Assembly: GCA_000182565.2 (NCBI GenBank)
Contig: KQ257454.1
Reading direction: 5' to 3' (one strand)
Source of the DNA: Spizellomyces punctatus DAOM BR117
Taxonomy: Eukaryota
Length of the DNA stretch: 64,000 bases
Translations under genes and position numbers: made by a program
The notes under the pieces: generated by a model
Seen by the model: only the letters and a program-made list of their open reading frames with translations
The model's database searches: none
Told to the model about the DNA's origin: nothing
Part shown: piece by piece, positions 23,520-36,148 of the stretch
Layout: every line of letters begins with the position of its first letter
How positions within the stretch are numbered: position 1 is the stretch's first letter

Positions 23520-25250
23520 TCAAGTAAACTCAATTGAGATCCGCGAGAGTCGGTAGGTTTGCGTCCTATCCACTCGGCGCCGTTTACACCTTTCACATCA
23601 CAAAACACTCAACGTCAGTATACACTTACGTCCTTCCGAGCAAATCACCGCAAAATACTCGAGAGACTCACCACATCTCTCGATCCAGCACGACGCATCG
23701 CGACTCCACTGTTTGTCCCTCCCGATTAACGCTGACCCAATTTCTCATACTCATAACAGTCTTCTTTGGGGACGTTTCCTTGTCGAATAACTTTCGACAA
23801 GTGTTTCTTTTTTCTTTATCTATTGCGCGACGTTCAAGGATGACTGACGAGGAAACGCGGCGCTTCGGAGTGGGAAAAGGGGTCTTTGATGTGTGTTTGG
23901 AAAGTTCCAACGCAAGGTCTTCAGGGATCCGCCAAAGCCTGCAATCCCTCTGTAGAATATCCGCAGAATTGGTATGTCGATCTCCTGCGTACATCAAGAG
24001 TTCAAAGAGATACGCAGGCCAGGTGGGTTTCTTTGATTTTCTGGGTGTGGATGTTGGTGTGATTTGTGTGTTTGGAGAGGACGTTATTTGGGGGCCGATG
24101 ATTTCGGATATTGTTTTCTTTGCGGCACTTTGATAAGGAGCGGGAGCAGTGCGGCTAATGTGGCATGCAAATGAGAGAAGGTACTGGGCGAGATGGCGGT
24201 TGGCGATGGGGAGCAGGAGCATGGTGTCACTGTGGACAAGGTATTCATTCATGGGTGCTTATAAGAATGAGGTGGGGATTCTATCACTTACCGTAATAGG
24301 TCCTCTTGTCGGGGAGTGGGGTAGCGAACGTTGGCGCTGGGTATAATGGTGGCTGTCTCATCGTTTCTATTCAATGTAACAATGGCTGGGTAAAGATAGA
24401 TGATTAGGCTTTGCCTCTTCACCTTTACAGTATAAATTCTCCGACACCACTTACTCCTCCAAATCTCATGTGTCTCACATGGCAAGACCGCTGGCGCACT
24501 GCTTAACAGTTTGACTAATGGGTCAAGCACTGTTTCAAATCGCATTTTCAAGCCCTCGACATCATTATCCTCCATGGCTGATGCATCAGCTAGCGACATG
24601 AGAATGGATGTCATGCATTCTTCTATCTTTTTGGGGACTTCGAGGTTTTGAATGCGCGTGCGGGGCTCAGATGCGTATAAAGCAGTGATGTTTTCTACAT
24701 TGCGCCACTGTTTACGAGAGAGTCCTCAATTATTTATCGGGGCAGGCGAAATGAAGAAAACCTATATGAGCGCACCTGTAGCTCTTGATTGTGCAACCTC
24801 TTTGGCCACATGAAGGAGTACTCTTCATCAGATTTGGGAAGCATGATATCATCAATATACAAGCATTTTTCGATTCTCTGGCTTGCCCACAGCCGGGCGT
24901 ACTTGAGCTCTTCGCATGAAAGGCTGTTAACGCAGCGGTCTGTTGCATAAGGAACTAACGGAATATGGTCAAAATTGGGATCCACCAGTTAAATAGATTA
25001 GGCATCGGAGATACCTTTAAGAACGTCTACATATGAATTCAGATCAACAGAGTCCCCATACTCGATATCTCCCCGTTGCCGTTTGACACCGCATGGTTCT
25101 GGAAGAGGGATCTGAGGAGGGGGGAGGGAGAGGTACGGCGGGGAAGGAGGGAGGCCCTTTTTCGTCTTGTATCCGTTGAGTGTCTGCATGGCGCGCGTCA
25201 CTCTATACTCTCCAACACAGACTTTTGGGACAGCTTGTTCTTACCTGCAT
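23520..25250 (-). CDS. Hypothetical protein, multi-exon, no family recognised
   Basis: Coding-like ORFs (24998-25201, 24734-24985, 24288-24614, 23668-24252) join through GT-AG introns. Ends ..RLSRISIEFT*. Several S/T-P-x-K/R motifs. Start and end inferred. Confidence 0.55.
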
Positions 25251-25829
25251 AGGAAGAGCCTGATGATGTTTCGGTAATCAAAGATGAGGATGCATCAACG
25301 ACTGTGTCGTTTCGAGCGCAGTGAACCACAAGGTAGAACTGTGGACGGCGGATGAAATATATAATTTATCCAAGGCCTCTTCAAAAACTACAGGAATTTT
25401 GTTCGGCGTCACTTTCAGACGAAAGCTCTGATCTTTCCAAGCTGCCAGAGAAGACAAGAGTAAGCAAGTAATTGTAGCGAATAAAGTTCCGATGCTGCGT
25501 TCAAGTTTTTGACTGAACGTTGTTCCGTCTACCGTCCTCGACTTCACCTACCAATTTCAAGAATCAAGTTCACGGCAAAGAAACCTTCAAGTGCAGCAAA
25601 ATAAAGGCGAAAAACAGCCGTTACAAAGGCCGTGGATATCACTACGAAAAACGGGCACTTGCAAGAGGGCAAATGGGCGCGACGTTCTAGAGTCCCCTTG
25701 TGTTGGGTCACTTCAAGTAACGCGTCCTTACGTAACGCTGGCGTGGCGTTGGGCACGCGCACAATGAGTCACGTGCTTAAGTTGTTATCAGCAATGGTTG
25801 AAAAGCTTTTCGGCCATCTACACGGCAAC

Positions 25830-26361
25830 ATGCCACCACCAAAATCACCCGCCTTCAAATGCTTCATAACCCATCTGTACCAGACGTCTTATATACCATC
25901 CCATGAATCCTTTATCTACGCCAAAACACTCTTTTCAACGGTCAAATTGCAGGTTTCCGTTGTCGTCGCTCGCGTTCTGACTGTCTTGTAGTGCTACCGA
26001 CACTGGCTATCACCTAGGGCATAGTGATCGATTTCCACAATAGCCCACCAAGTTGCATCATTGACGATGCAACAGGGTTGGCACGGATAGACCTCCCCCC
26101 AGACACTCTCGTTGAAAAGGGTTCATGCATATCCGTTGTCGGATCCCTGACGTGGGATCAGGATGATGAAATATTTGCTGTGGTGGCGAATAGAGTCTTT
26201 GAGAAACAAGATGTAGATTGTGAGGGGATATGGGGGATGGAAATTGTGAGGATTCATCGAGAAGGTGCGTGCAACTTTATTTTGAAAGTATTGTGACAAA
26301 CAAACTCATTGGCTGCATAGTGTATTTACCTGATGCAGAGCTGGATGCCTATTTGGCTTGA
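25830..26361 (+). CDS. RMI2: Small OB-fold protein, RMI2-like, 3 exons
   Basis: MPPPKSPAFKCFITHL..FSTVKLQ|GIV..IIDDATG..KGSCISVVGSL..ANRVF..CEGIWGMEIVRIHRE|VYL matches the RMI2 pattern (P-x-K, V-x-x-QG, DDGTG, W-x-x-EV). An alternative start exists at 25764. Confidence 0.65.
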
Positions 26362-26409
26362 AGGGGAACTCTATCTACAAGGCTATGCTATGACTATGAT
26401 ACCCCTAGC

Positions 26410-28601
26410 TCACCCTTCGTAATTGTCATTTTCGTATGCATTCGATTTATGTCTGAGAAATAGTTGTCAGCACTGGTGGAAATGAGTAGTTGTCATTCGC
26501 ATAAAACTTACTTTGGCACAAAGTTGAATGAAGGCGGCGCAGGCCCCAAGATCATTTCTGAAATCTTCACCCAATCCTTCGAATTTGGACTCGCCATCAT
26601 CGTCTCCAAATCATTCCGTCCGTAATACGCCGGTGGCCGATCATTAATCTTCTGAGGCAACACCTCTAACAATCCCACCGGAATATATCGATACAAAAAT
26701 GACATCCATTCGCACATGAATCGGCGGGTTGTGTTGACTCCCATAGTATCTGAGCCCCAATACTCCAACCCACATTTGGCAAAGTCTTTAAGCATGTCGA
26801 AACGTTCTCCAGAACTGATGTCCCACACGCGTCGTTCACGGATTTCAGTGAAGATCCATGGTTTAATCAACGCGCCACGACCAATCATGACACCATCCAG
26901 ATGCTCCTCTTCGATTTGGCGCCAATAATCTTGTGGGGAAAGGATATCGCCGTTTCCGAATAGAGGTAGATCATTGACAGCGCTGGAACACTCTTTGATG
27001 TATGCCCAGTCGGCCTGCTTTGTGTATCGCTGTTCTTTTGATCGACCATGAAGTGAGACGAGGGACACACCTGCTTGCTTGAAGAGGGGAAGCAGCTTGT
27101 GCGCTACAGGTTTGGACGTTGATATACCCTTTCGCAACTTCACCGTAAAGGGGGTGTCGCCAAGCACGTAGTTTGCCCCTGCACAAATATCGTACAGCTT
27201 GGCTTTCTGATCCAACAACGCACTTCCAGCTCCAATCTTTGTGATACTATCCACCGGACAGCCCAAATTCAAATCCACAAAGTCCACTTCAATCCCCGAC
27301 TCCTTAATCGCCTCACAACACCTCGCAATAGTTTGCACGGAATTTCCCGCAATTTGCACTCCAAAGATATCCTCAGAGACATGTCGTTTTGTCAATGCCC
27401 ATTCATGTTGTTGGCCAGAGAGTAGGTTGGTGACCATAGCCATTTCCCCACAGGTGATATCAACGCCAAACGACTTACAAATGCGGCGGAATGGTAGGTT
27501 TCCGACGGTTGTCAGAGGAGCGAGATAGGTCTTCCCGCGGAAATCCAGGGGCTTCTTTCTATCGCAGCGGAAGCGAATTGTGGCGGGATCGTGATCGAAC
27601 TTTTCTAGGATCTTACGGCGAGCTTCACGATGCTTTTCGTCAAAGATAGTTGTGTTGGCAAACCTTTCCTTGAGTTTTGGTTTGTTCGCTTGCTTGGGCA
27701 CGTCCCCCTTATTCGGTACTTTGGTGAGCTCGGCAATAGCGTCCATCAAACCATCCGTCGCAGTCTCTGATCGTGAGACATCAATCTGCAGACCGCCGTC
27801 ATCGCCATTTAACCCCTCATTCTCACCCGATGTTCCATTGGATGTTCCATTGGACTGCCGCAATTGCATCCCTGGCGGTATATCAATTCCCTCATTGATT
27901 TCCTGCCTTCTCAATTTCGCTGCGTTGTACCAAGTAGTGTATTCATCCGCTTTCTTCAGCTCAATCTTTCTCGTTCGCAGCGCTTTTTGAAATTCCCTCA
28001 GCCCAGCATTTTTGAATACATCTGCCTCCGTTATGCTGGCTGTCTTCTCTTTATCCACAATCATTTTGCCCTCGTTGTCAGTGTGTGCCTTTGCAAATCG
28101 GCATTTTATACCGTACTTGCATTGACCAAACAAGTCGAACTGAGGACAATTAGGTCCAAGGTCTTCTCCCTTGTTCGCAAGATAGGCATCTATATCGTGT
28201 GACCAGCGACAGTTTTTACCCTTCTCACAGGTTTTGCCTTGAGCGACTTCGTTGCAAATTTTGACCTCGTCCCAGACCGCACTACGATCGCGTTTTTTAT
28301 TTTGACCGCGTTGGCGTTTTTTCGACTTGGACGATTCATCTGTTGGAATGCTGAGGACATCAGCCGCGAGTTCTTGGGGTTGATTTTCTAATTTCAGACG
28401 CTTCGCTTCTCGCTCGGAGTTTTCTTCTTGGTAAGCACCCTGCTCTTCAGCTTCGTCGAGGAGAGCTTGGTCATATTGACGCTTATTTTGTTTTGCTGGA
28501 TCATTCTTAGGCTTCAAATATTCCTTCTTTATCGGCGCTACACCGGCTACTTGGACGGGATCTGGTGCTGGCGCATCTTGTGGAGTAACATCGGTCGCCA
28601 T
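26410..28601 (-). CDS. DUS3: tRNA-dihydrouridine(47) synthase with two CCCH fingers, 2 exons
   Basis: YLAPLTTVGNLPFRR, DLNLGCP, LHGRSKEQRY, GNGD, MIGRGALIKPW, C-terminal FVPK|HKSNAY. Confidence 0.97.
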
Positions 28602-28733
28602 AATTTAGATCGTTTGAATGTGGGAATTCAAGGAAATCTGGTCTTTAAATCAGTGCAAGCCACGCACATGACTTGTCTCTGCTAAGCAGAGCACATCTGC
28701 TCCTAACCTTCCCACTAACCCTAATGTTATTCC

Positions 28734-29161
28734 ATGGAGAAGGAAACTGCAGCTACTAGGATACAGGTAGAGTCATGGATTGTCGATGGTTTAGAGCTGT
28801 AACTCACGATCTGCTCAAGGCACTATGGCGAGGACATCACTGCAGAAACCGTATTAGGAATCTCTTTGGGGAAGTCAGACAAGAGTATGAGGACATTTAC
28901 GAGGAAACCGAGGGGAGTCCAATGCTGCAGTGGAAAGGTCTTGGGGCCATAAGCATTCCCTCACCTATGCCATATACGCACCAGCACACATTACCCCGAC
29001 AAAATACAGACAAACAGAAACGCATGGAGCGTATAGACCGTCTTAAAGAGCGGCGGGGCGATTTGATGTCAGAGGTGGAATGGGTTAAGCAAGCTATCCT
29101 CTCCCGGCGGATGTGGTTAAACCAACTTCGTAACGGTCCGCCTCTCCCGATATCATCTTGA
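28734..29161 (+). CDS. IQCC: IQ-motif protein, IQCC-like, 2 exons
   Basis: Removing intron 28767-28819 gives MEKETAATRIQ|ALWRGHHCR (IQ motif)..RQEYEDIYEETEG..LQW..LMSEVEWVKQAILSRRMWL, matching the two conserved IQCC blocks. Confidence 0.7.
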
Positions 29162-29326
29162 GGATGTGCAAAAGAATAGTGAATTCTGTAAATAGATTAC
29201 TTGTAGTAACGCTCTAATAACAGCCCAATTTTGTCCCCGCGATCAAAAGCCACCTTCGCGCGTAAGGCACAGCTCCAGACATTAGTTACGTCGTATTTTT
29301 ATCGCATTCGTTCCATTCCGGGCATC

Positions 29327-30883
29327 ATGACAAGCTACACGGAAGAAGCACTCGTTCAAAAACTGGCTCGACTGGTGGAAACACAGGATAGTATCACTGT
29401 CTTGTCACAATGTGGGTCTGCTATGTGGTGCTTGTCTTGTGCTGGATTACGACCGTGTAGATCAACCGTGGCTTTTTTGCAGGGTTGATGTACCATCGCA
29501 AGCATGCTGGGGCCAGTGTGCAAACATGGGCCAGAGAACTCCATAAAGGTGAGTCTCGTTGAGGCATCTAACTTATTTAAGACAAAGAATTTGACTATTG
29601 CAATGCACCTGATATGACCTCTATACACTCGACAACAGCTCCATCCCACCGAAAGCTCAGTTTCCTCTACCTTGCAAACGACGTAGTCCAGAATAGTCGA
29701 CGAAAAGGGGAGGAATTTGTACGAGAATTTGCCAAAGTGTTTCCGGAAACAGTGCCGCATGTTTATCGGTATGTTCTGCTTCTCTTATCGACGGGACGGT
29801 CACAGTGGAAGCTCACGCCCACTTTCCGCAGACACACAGCACCTGAAATACAGCAAAAAATCACGCGGATTCTGGGGATATTGGAGGAGCGAAAGATCTA
29901 CGGTCCGGACTTTATAAAAGTTATCAAGGATAGACTAGGTATGATCCCCTCGCTGTAGTACCTGCCACTGCGGAAACACCCTTCTGACATTGAATATAGT
30001 CAGTAGACCTCCGGCAGCTACCTTTGCGTCCGAAGATGCTATGGTTATTGGCACTCACCTTGAAAACATCCGAAAAAATGAGGCAGCTAGACAAAAGCTA
30101 GCTGAAAGAGTGCACGAGATACCAGAACAATGGCCTAGTGCTGCTGGTAAGTTGCCAAGCAATAATCTACTTTTGGTGTCTGTTTACTAATGGCGACTAA
30201 GATGGTAATAACCCAGAAGTGGCGGCTGCGATCGAGCAGCTGGAGCGATACCAGCGGGCATTGAAAAGTGATATCAGCGAACGCAACCAATTGATAGAGA
30301 ATCTAAACAAATTGATCCAAAAGCAAGAGTTGCATATTCAGGGCGATGAGCTTGAACTTGAGGTTGGTTGAATGTTGCGCGTCATGCCGTTTTGGTATCT
30401 CTGATCACCTCCTTTACAGCAATGTCAGCATAAGATCAACACTATTCGCGCGGAACCAACTGCTTCCACTCACCCTCTTCAAGATCAGGAAGAAGGTGTC
30501 CAGATTGGGCTCAATGACATTCAAGTCGACCATGCACATGCACTCCCGCATCAGGACGACATAACCAGCGATCCTATACAGGCTGTGATCCCGGACTCTG
30601 AGGGCCTCCCCAGCGACATCCTTCAACAGCTTCAGGTCATGGCAAAAGCTCACCAAGAAGCAACCGGCGCCCCGATCGATTCCGTGATCGACCCTACTAC
30701 CGGAGGCACAACGGACGCCATGATGAATGATCCTCCAATTGCCGATGGTGTCATAACCCATGACATTGTAACGACGCTGGAATTTCTGAGGCGTCAGGGA
30801 GGGGTATGTATCATTTCTTGTCTGCAATGTCTGATTAGTCCTTCATATTGAGATTTCCTGGCTAGCTTTCGACAAAGTCGTAG
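29327..30883 (+). CDS. RTT103: RNA Pol II CTD-interacting domain (CID) protein RTT103/RPRD1-like, multi-exon
   Basis: MTSYTEEALVQKL..TQDSITVLSQW|LMYHRKHA..RKLSFLYLANDVVQNSRRKG..ILEERKIY, followed by a coiled coil. Confidence 0.9.
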
Positions 30884-31049
30884 AACATAAATTTTCTGCA
30901 CTAGCGCATTCTCTGCCTTTAGCTGGCCGACATAATGAATTCCCATGGCTTGCGTTCGATTTTTTATATTCTGCAGCTATCCGTCTCTTTACATGTCCGT
31001 AATTCGGCAACTATTGTAATTTACATTTGGGGAATGGTTCTCTTCTTGT

Positions 31050-32225
31050 TTAAATAATCGTGCAAACTTTAGATTTTTTGGATGGAGTGTCTTTCTGGGC
31101 CACTGGAGCGACCGTCGCCTCCGGCGATGAGACAGCGGCATTGTCTACGGGCTCGGGTTTAGTCGATTCCGCTTCCGTAGGTGCCACAGCGTCGGTAGTA
31201 AGGGAAGGCTTGGCTGGTGTGGACAAAGATATCGAGATTAGAGGCATGTACGGAAATCCGCAGTTTCCTTCGGCGAGGGCTTACTTAAAACAGAGATGAA
31301 GTCATCTAATTCTGCAAAAGCCTTGTCGAGATCGTCATTAACAATAATCTTATCGTATGCTCCAGTTTCCGCAAAATCCATAGCATCCTTTGCTGTCGCC
31401 AGCCGCGTCTGCAAAGTTTCCTCTGTCTCTGTATTACGACTCCTAAGTCGTTGCTCCAAAACTTCAATAGAAGGAGGCTGAACAAAGATGTACTTTGCGT
31501 GCATGGGACTGTTTTTAATGCTCCGGACTCCATTGATTTCTAAATCAAGGATGCATATCCGACCGGAGGACTGGACCACTTCGACGGCTTCAAAGCTGGT
31601 TCCATAGCAGTTTCCTAGACTGAGATTAGTGAAAGAAAGATGATTTTGAGAATAAATAGGACTACCTGCATATTCAGCATGTTCGATAAACTTTTTTTCC
31701 GCAATCATTCGTTCGAATTCATCGCGTTCGATGAAATGGTAGCTTTTGCCAGGCACCTAGAGAGATAGCCCTAAGTCCCACAGCGAAACTCGATGCAAGA
31801 CGCGCAGCTACGAATTCACCTCGCCAGGGCGCGGACTTCGCGTAGTGTCTTTACATTAGGACACAGCGTCAGCATCATGCATGAAGTTCAAGAGACTGAA
31901 TAGATGCTTACGCGAACACGAGAAACCAAAAAGGTTTGGGTACTTTGCGAACAAGCTACCGTTACACACAAATCAGCATTTATGAGGAAGCCATGAAAAT
32001 AAACATACGCTGTACATACCGCTCTAGCAAGGTGCTTCGGAAAAAATGTAACAAATATGGCTCAAACAACCAGGCACAGGCAGACAAAATATCGTCACAA
32101 CTTACCTCTTACCAGACCCACTCGGTCCGGATATGACAATGGGGTGTATGTTGGCTACATTACAAATACTCAATAAGCACCATTTAAGTCGCGTACAGTC
32201 CAAAGCGATATAGCATACAGGCCAT
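31050..32225 (-). CDS. GUK1: Guanylate kinase with low-complexity C-terminal extension ending in polybasic CaaX (KKSKVCTII); 8 exons including 7-nt and 15-nt exons
   Basis: MAS|NIHPIVISGPSGSGKS|TLLER|LF..FGFSCSH|TTRSPRPGE|VPGKSYHF..FIEHAEYAG|NCYGT..ILDLEING..RLRSRNTETEE..IIVNDDL. Last intron 31214-31284. Confidence 0.95.
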
Positions 32226-32425
32226 GAGTGGTCGAGTGGAATTGAAATGTCGAAAAGGTCGGAGTGGAGGTGCCGCCAACTTCAAGATTGCCTAAGAGGC
32301 TTACGATCGTAACGTGACTGTGCACAATCTGCTTACGCGTTTCAGTTTTCTTTTTGACCAAAAGCTCTCTCGCCTACGATTTTCTGGCTTTCATTTTCTC
32401 GCATTTTCAACAGTAATAGCAGAGG

Positions 32426-35049
32426 ATGGGGAAACAAAAGAAGGAGAAGGCCCGTCAAGCGGCGGAGAAGTCGTCCAGCGGAGGTCCTTCTCTGAGCAAT
32501 GTCACTCATGTGAAAGGTGTCAACTTTTACCGGGATGCTAAGAAAGTGCGACAGGTCAATATGTTGAAGGGGGGCAAGGCGACGCGGAACGCCGACGGAA
32601 AGATTATCAAGGCTGCAGAGTTCCAGACTCGCCTTGCACCAGGGACGCAAGCGAGGGTGCAACCTGATCGACGATGGTTTGGTATGGAACAACACTCTAT
32701 GCAGAATAAATAGAATTTTGCCGACCTAATGAGGTCTTCTTCTTGTTGGTAGAGAACACAAGGACGATTGGCCAAAACGCTTTGACAGCCTTTCGTGAAG
32801 CCATGGCGAGTCGAGCAAATGATCCATATACATTCATAATGCGACAGAACAAACTGCCAATGAGTTTATTGACAGACCCAACAAAGGTGCGTGCTGAAGC
32901 AGATGGAAGGAGCCGCATTGGACATGCAACTGAGCATGTTGTTTTGTCTCAGGTGTCTCGGATGCAATTGCTCGAAACCGACTCATTCGCAAATACTTTT
33001 GGACCCAAGGCACAGCGAAAGAAGCCAAAGTTGAAGGCTGGATCTCTGGATGATTTAGCGGTCAATGTCTCGGATTCCCTAGGTACCAATAAAATGCAAT
33101 GCGGTTCTCTCTGTGTTCCTTGCTTACGGCGGTATTTAGATGGTTATGACGCTGCAAAGGACGAAAATTTGTTAGCCAACGTTCGAACGGATGGAGCAAT
33201 CGATGCAGCGAAGGACCCCTTCTTGCGAGCTGGGCAGTCAAGGCGTATTTGGAATGAGCTCTACAAGGTGAGAATTTCTGTCGTCTCAATAATGCGAATG
33301 GGGAGCTAAATAAAATGCTCATAGGTTTTGGACTCTTCCGATGTTGTGATTCACGTTCTGGATGCACGGGATCCCATGGGCACACGCTGCAAAAACGTTG
33401 AAAAGTATTTGAAGGAGGAGGCCAAACATAAGCATTTGATCTTTGTGCTCAACAAATGTGATCTAGTTCCTACGTGGGTAACGGTACGTAGGGACATTCG
33501 TGTTTAACTCTTTCCGCGAACTATTGGTAATCTTCGATGCGACCATTACAGGCAAAATGGGTCAAAATTCTCTCCCAAGAGTATCCCACATTGGCTTTCC
33601 ATGCTAGCATCAACAACTCCTTCGGCAAGGGGTCATTAATTCAGCTACTCCGGCAATTCAGCAAACTACACGCGGACAAAAAGCAGATTTCTGTCGGGTT
33701 CTTTGGATACCCAAATACCGGAAAAAGCTCCATCATCAACACATTACGCCAAAAGAAAGTGTGTACCGTTGCGCCGATCCCAGGTGAAACCAAGGTATGA
33801 CAAGTCAACTGCTTCCCACATTGCGGTACACCATGGCTGACTCGTTCCTCCAGGTCTGGCAATATATAACATTAATGAAACGTATCTATTTAATCGACTG
33901 TCCGGGAGTGGTACATCCGGGTCCGGAGGATTCGGAAACTGACATCGTCCTTCGAGGGGTTGTTCGAATTGAAAATATCAGCGGTCCAGAACACCATATA
34001 CCTGCCGTTCTAGAAAGAGTACACCCTGAGTATATCCGTCGAACATATGATGTACGGGAATGGGAGGATCATATCGACTTTCTGAGTCAGGTTGCTAAGA
34101 ACACTGGCAAGTTGCTGAAGGTGGGTAGTCATGATGTGGCTGCATGGAGATCCCTTGTTATGCAGCTGGTTCTAATGTCTTGTTATAGGGCGGGGAGCCA
34201 AATGTCCCGGCGGCAGCAAAGATGGTGTTGAATGACTGGCTTCGCGGAAAGATCCCTTACTACGCCATGCCACCTGATTCGGAAGAGCATGAAGCGCGTG
34301 AAAAGGCGGACGAACAGGTTCGTGCCGATATGACTTATGGTTCCTCAATAATCGTCTAATCGTCGTAATGACAACCTTGGGATCAGGCTGGACCGATTGT
34401 GCAACAAATCTTCTCCAAGATACCCGTCACTACCAAGTTCCTTCCTGATGATGCTAAGAGAGATGCAGGGGATGATGCCACAGCTCTGACAGATGGAGAG
34501 GAAGATGCAGTCAACGTTGAGACTGAGGCCAAAGGAGATGAAGAGAACCCGATCGAGAATGACACAGTAACAGATTGGGATGAAGTGTTTGAAAGTGTGG
34601 TTGGAGAGGATGGACCTGTAATTGAGCAGGATGACCTGGAAAGTCCTTCCGAGTCTGGCGAGCCTGATGTGGAAGGAGTCGCAGATGCAGAGGCAGAGGA
34701 GGAATCAGTTGAGAGCGACGCCGACGAGACCAGCACTCCAGAAGCCGTTCAGCCGGTGGACACCCGTACCCGCATGCGCCAAAGGCTCTTGAAAGCCAAG
34801 GGCCTACCCAAGTTCTCCGTAAAAGACGTTGGCACATCATCAAATAAAAGGCAGCACGAAGACTCCGATGACGACAGTGACAAGACGCGAGTCAAAAAGT
34901 CACCGCGGATGACGACCAACAAGAAAAAGGTTGGCGATCATTATTATGAGAGTGCCAATGTCAAGAATAAGAATCGGAATAAACAGAAGCCTATTGATCC
35001 GGCTACTTTGGCGAAAAAGTTGCAAGGAAAAGGCACACGCCGGCGATGA
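32426..35049 (+). CDS. NOG2: Nucleolar GTPase Nog2 (circularly permuted GTPase), multi-exon
   Basis: [59 protein letters not shown]. Confidence 0.97.
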
Positions 35050-36148
35050 GTTTTATACGTGATAGATGGTTATTGTATATATTATTTATCGTTGTTTTTG
35101 CTTTGAATCTATAGCTGCAATATAGGAGTTGGTCTTTTGTCTTTGACCAGTTGGAAAGAATGAAAGCGTTATCAGTTTGCCCGATGCTTGACTGCAGCTT
35201 TTAAAAACGCCTTGAGTGGCAGGTCCTAAATAGTGTCAAGCGCAACCAAAGGTGCTGCGCATACTCCTCAGGAAGATGCGCAGTATTCATTGGTTCTTTC
35301 ATGAACTCTCGATGGGGGACCCTCTAAGATGCCTAGGTACTGATGAGCGCAAAAGGGGATAAAGGAGATGACGCGCAGTCGTTTTTCCCTACATCTCGAG
35401 TACATACAGCCAAACCTGAACAAAACGAGAGGGTCGATGCGCGCGCTTCGAACATCACAAGAAGAACTACTAGCCACAAACTCGCCACGATATCCAATTT
35501 CGACCCCCACCCGCTCTCCCGATAATTAAGACAATATCAACGAAAGTTTATGAATGCTTATGGAATAAAAAAGGATCCCCCATCTTGGGCCAACTGCCGG
35601 CTTTCGCTTACACAAGTCGTGGTGCACTTTTGTTTCTACTCGTTTTGGTCGTACTTTCGGACAAGGACAAGAGATCAAAATCTGCTAGACTTGTCAAGGA
35701 CGGATCTATCCTCATCGCAGCTTCTGCCCACCTGGGAGACTCTCTAGACGGAAAACGGAGCACAACCTAAACGTGATCGTTTACCAAGCTTCCAATTTAC
35801 ACACATTGGAAAACATCCGAGAGCGGAGTTTCCGACCGATTGAAACCGGGATCATTTCCAAATCTTTTTTCTTTTTTTGGTCAACCAGCGCTGTTTGGCA
35901 CACTGGGGACTTGTTTGTCTTGTTTGTGCTGCGCGATCTCGCGACGTGAAAACTCCGGACAGCTTACTTTTCCCAACGCGCTTGGGGCGCAGCAGCCTTG
36001 TGTAAGTGTCAACGACGTTGTGCACGCAACCGTGATTACTCGTTCATCCCCATGCCTCAACTTATTCGACGGCTCTTCACCTCATTGTCATACAGTATTC
36101 GGAACTCATAACATCTGGCATCATCCCCCGGTGCGTATACCCTGCGTG

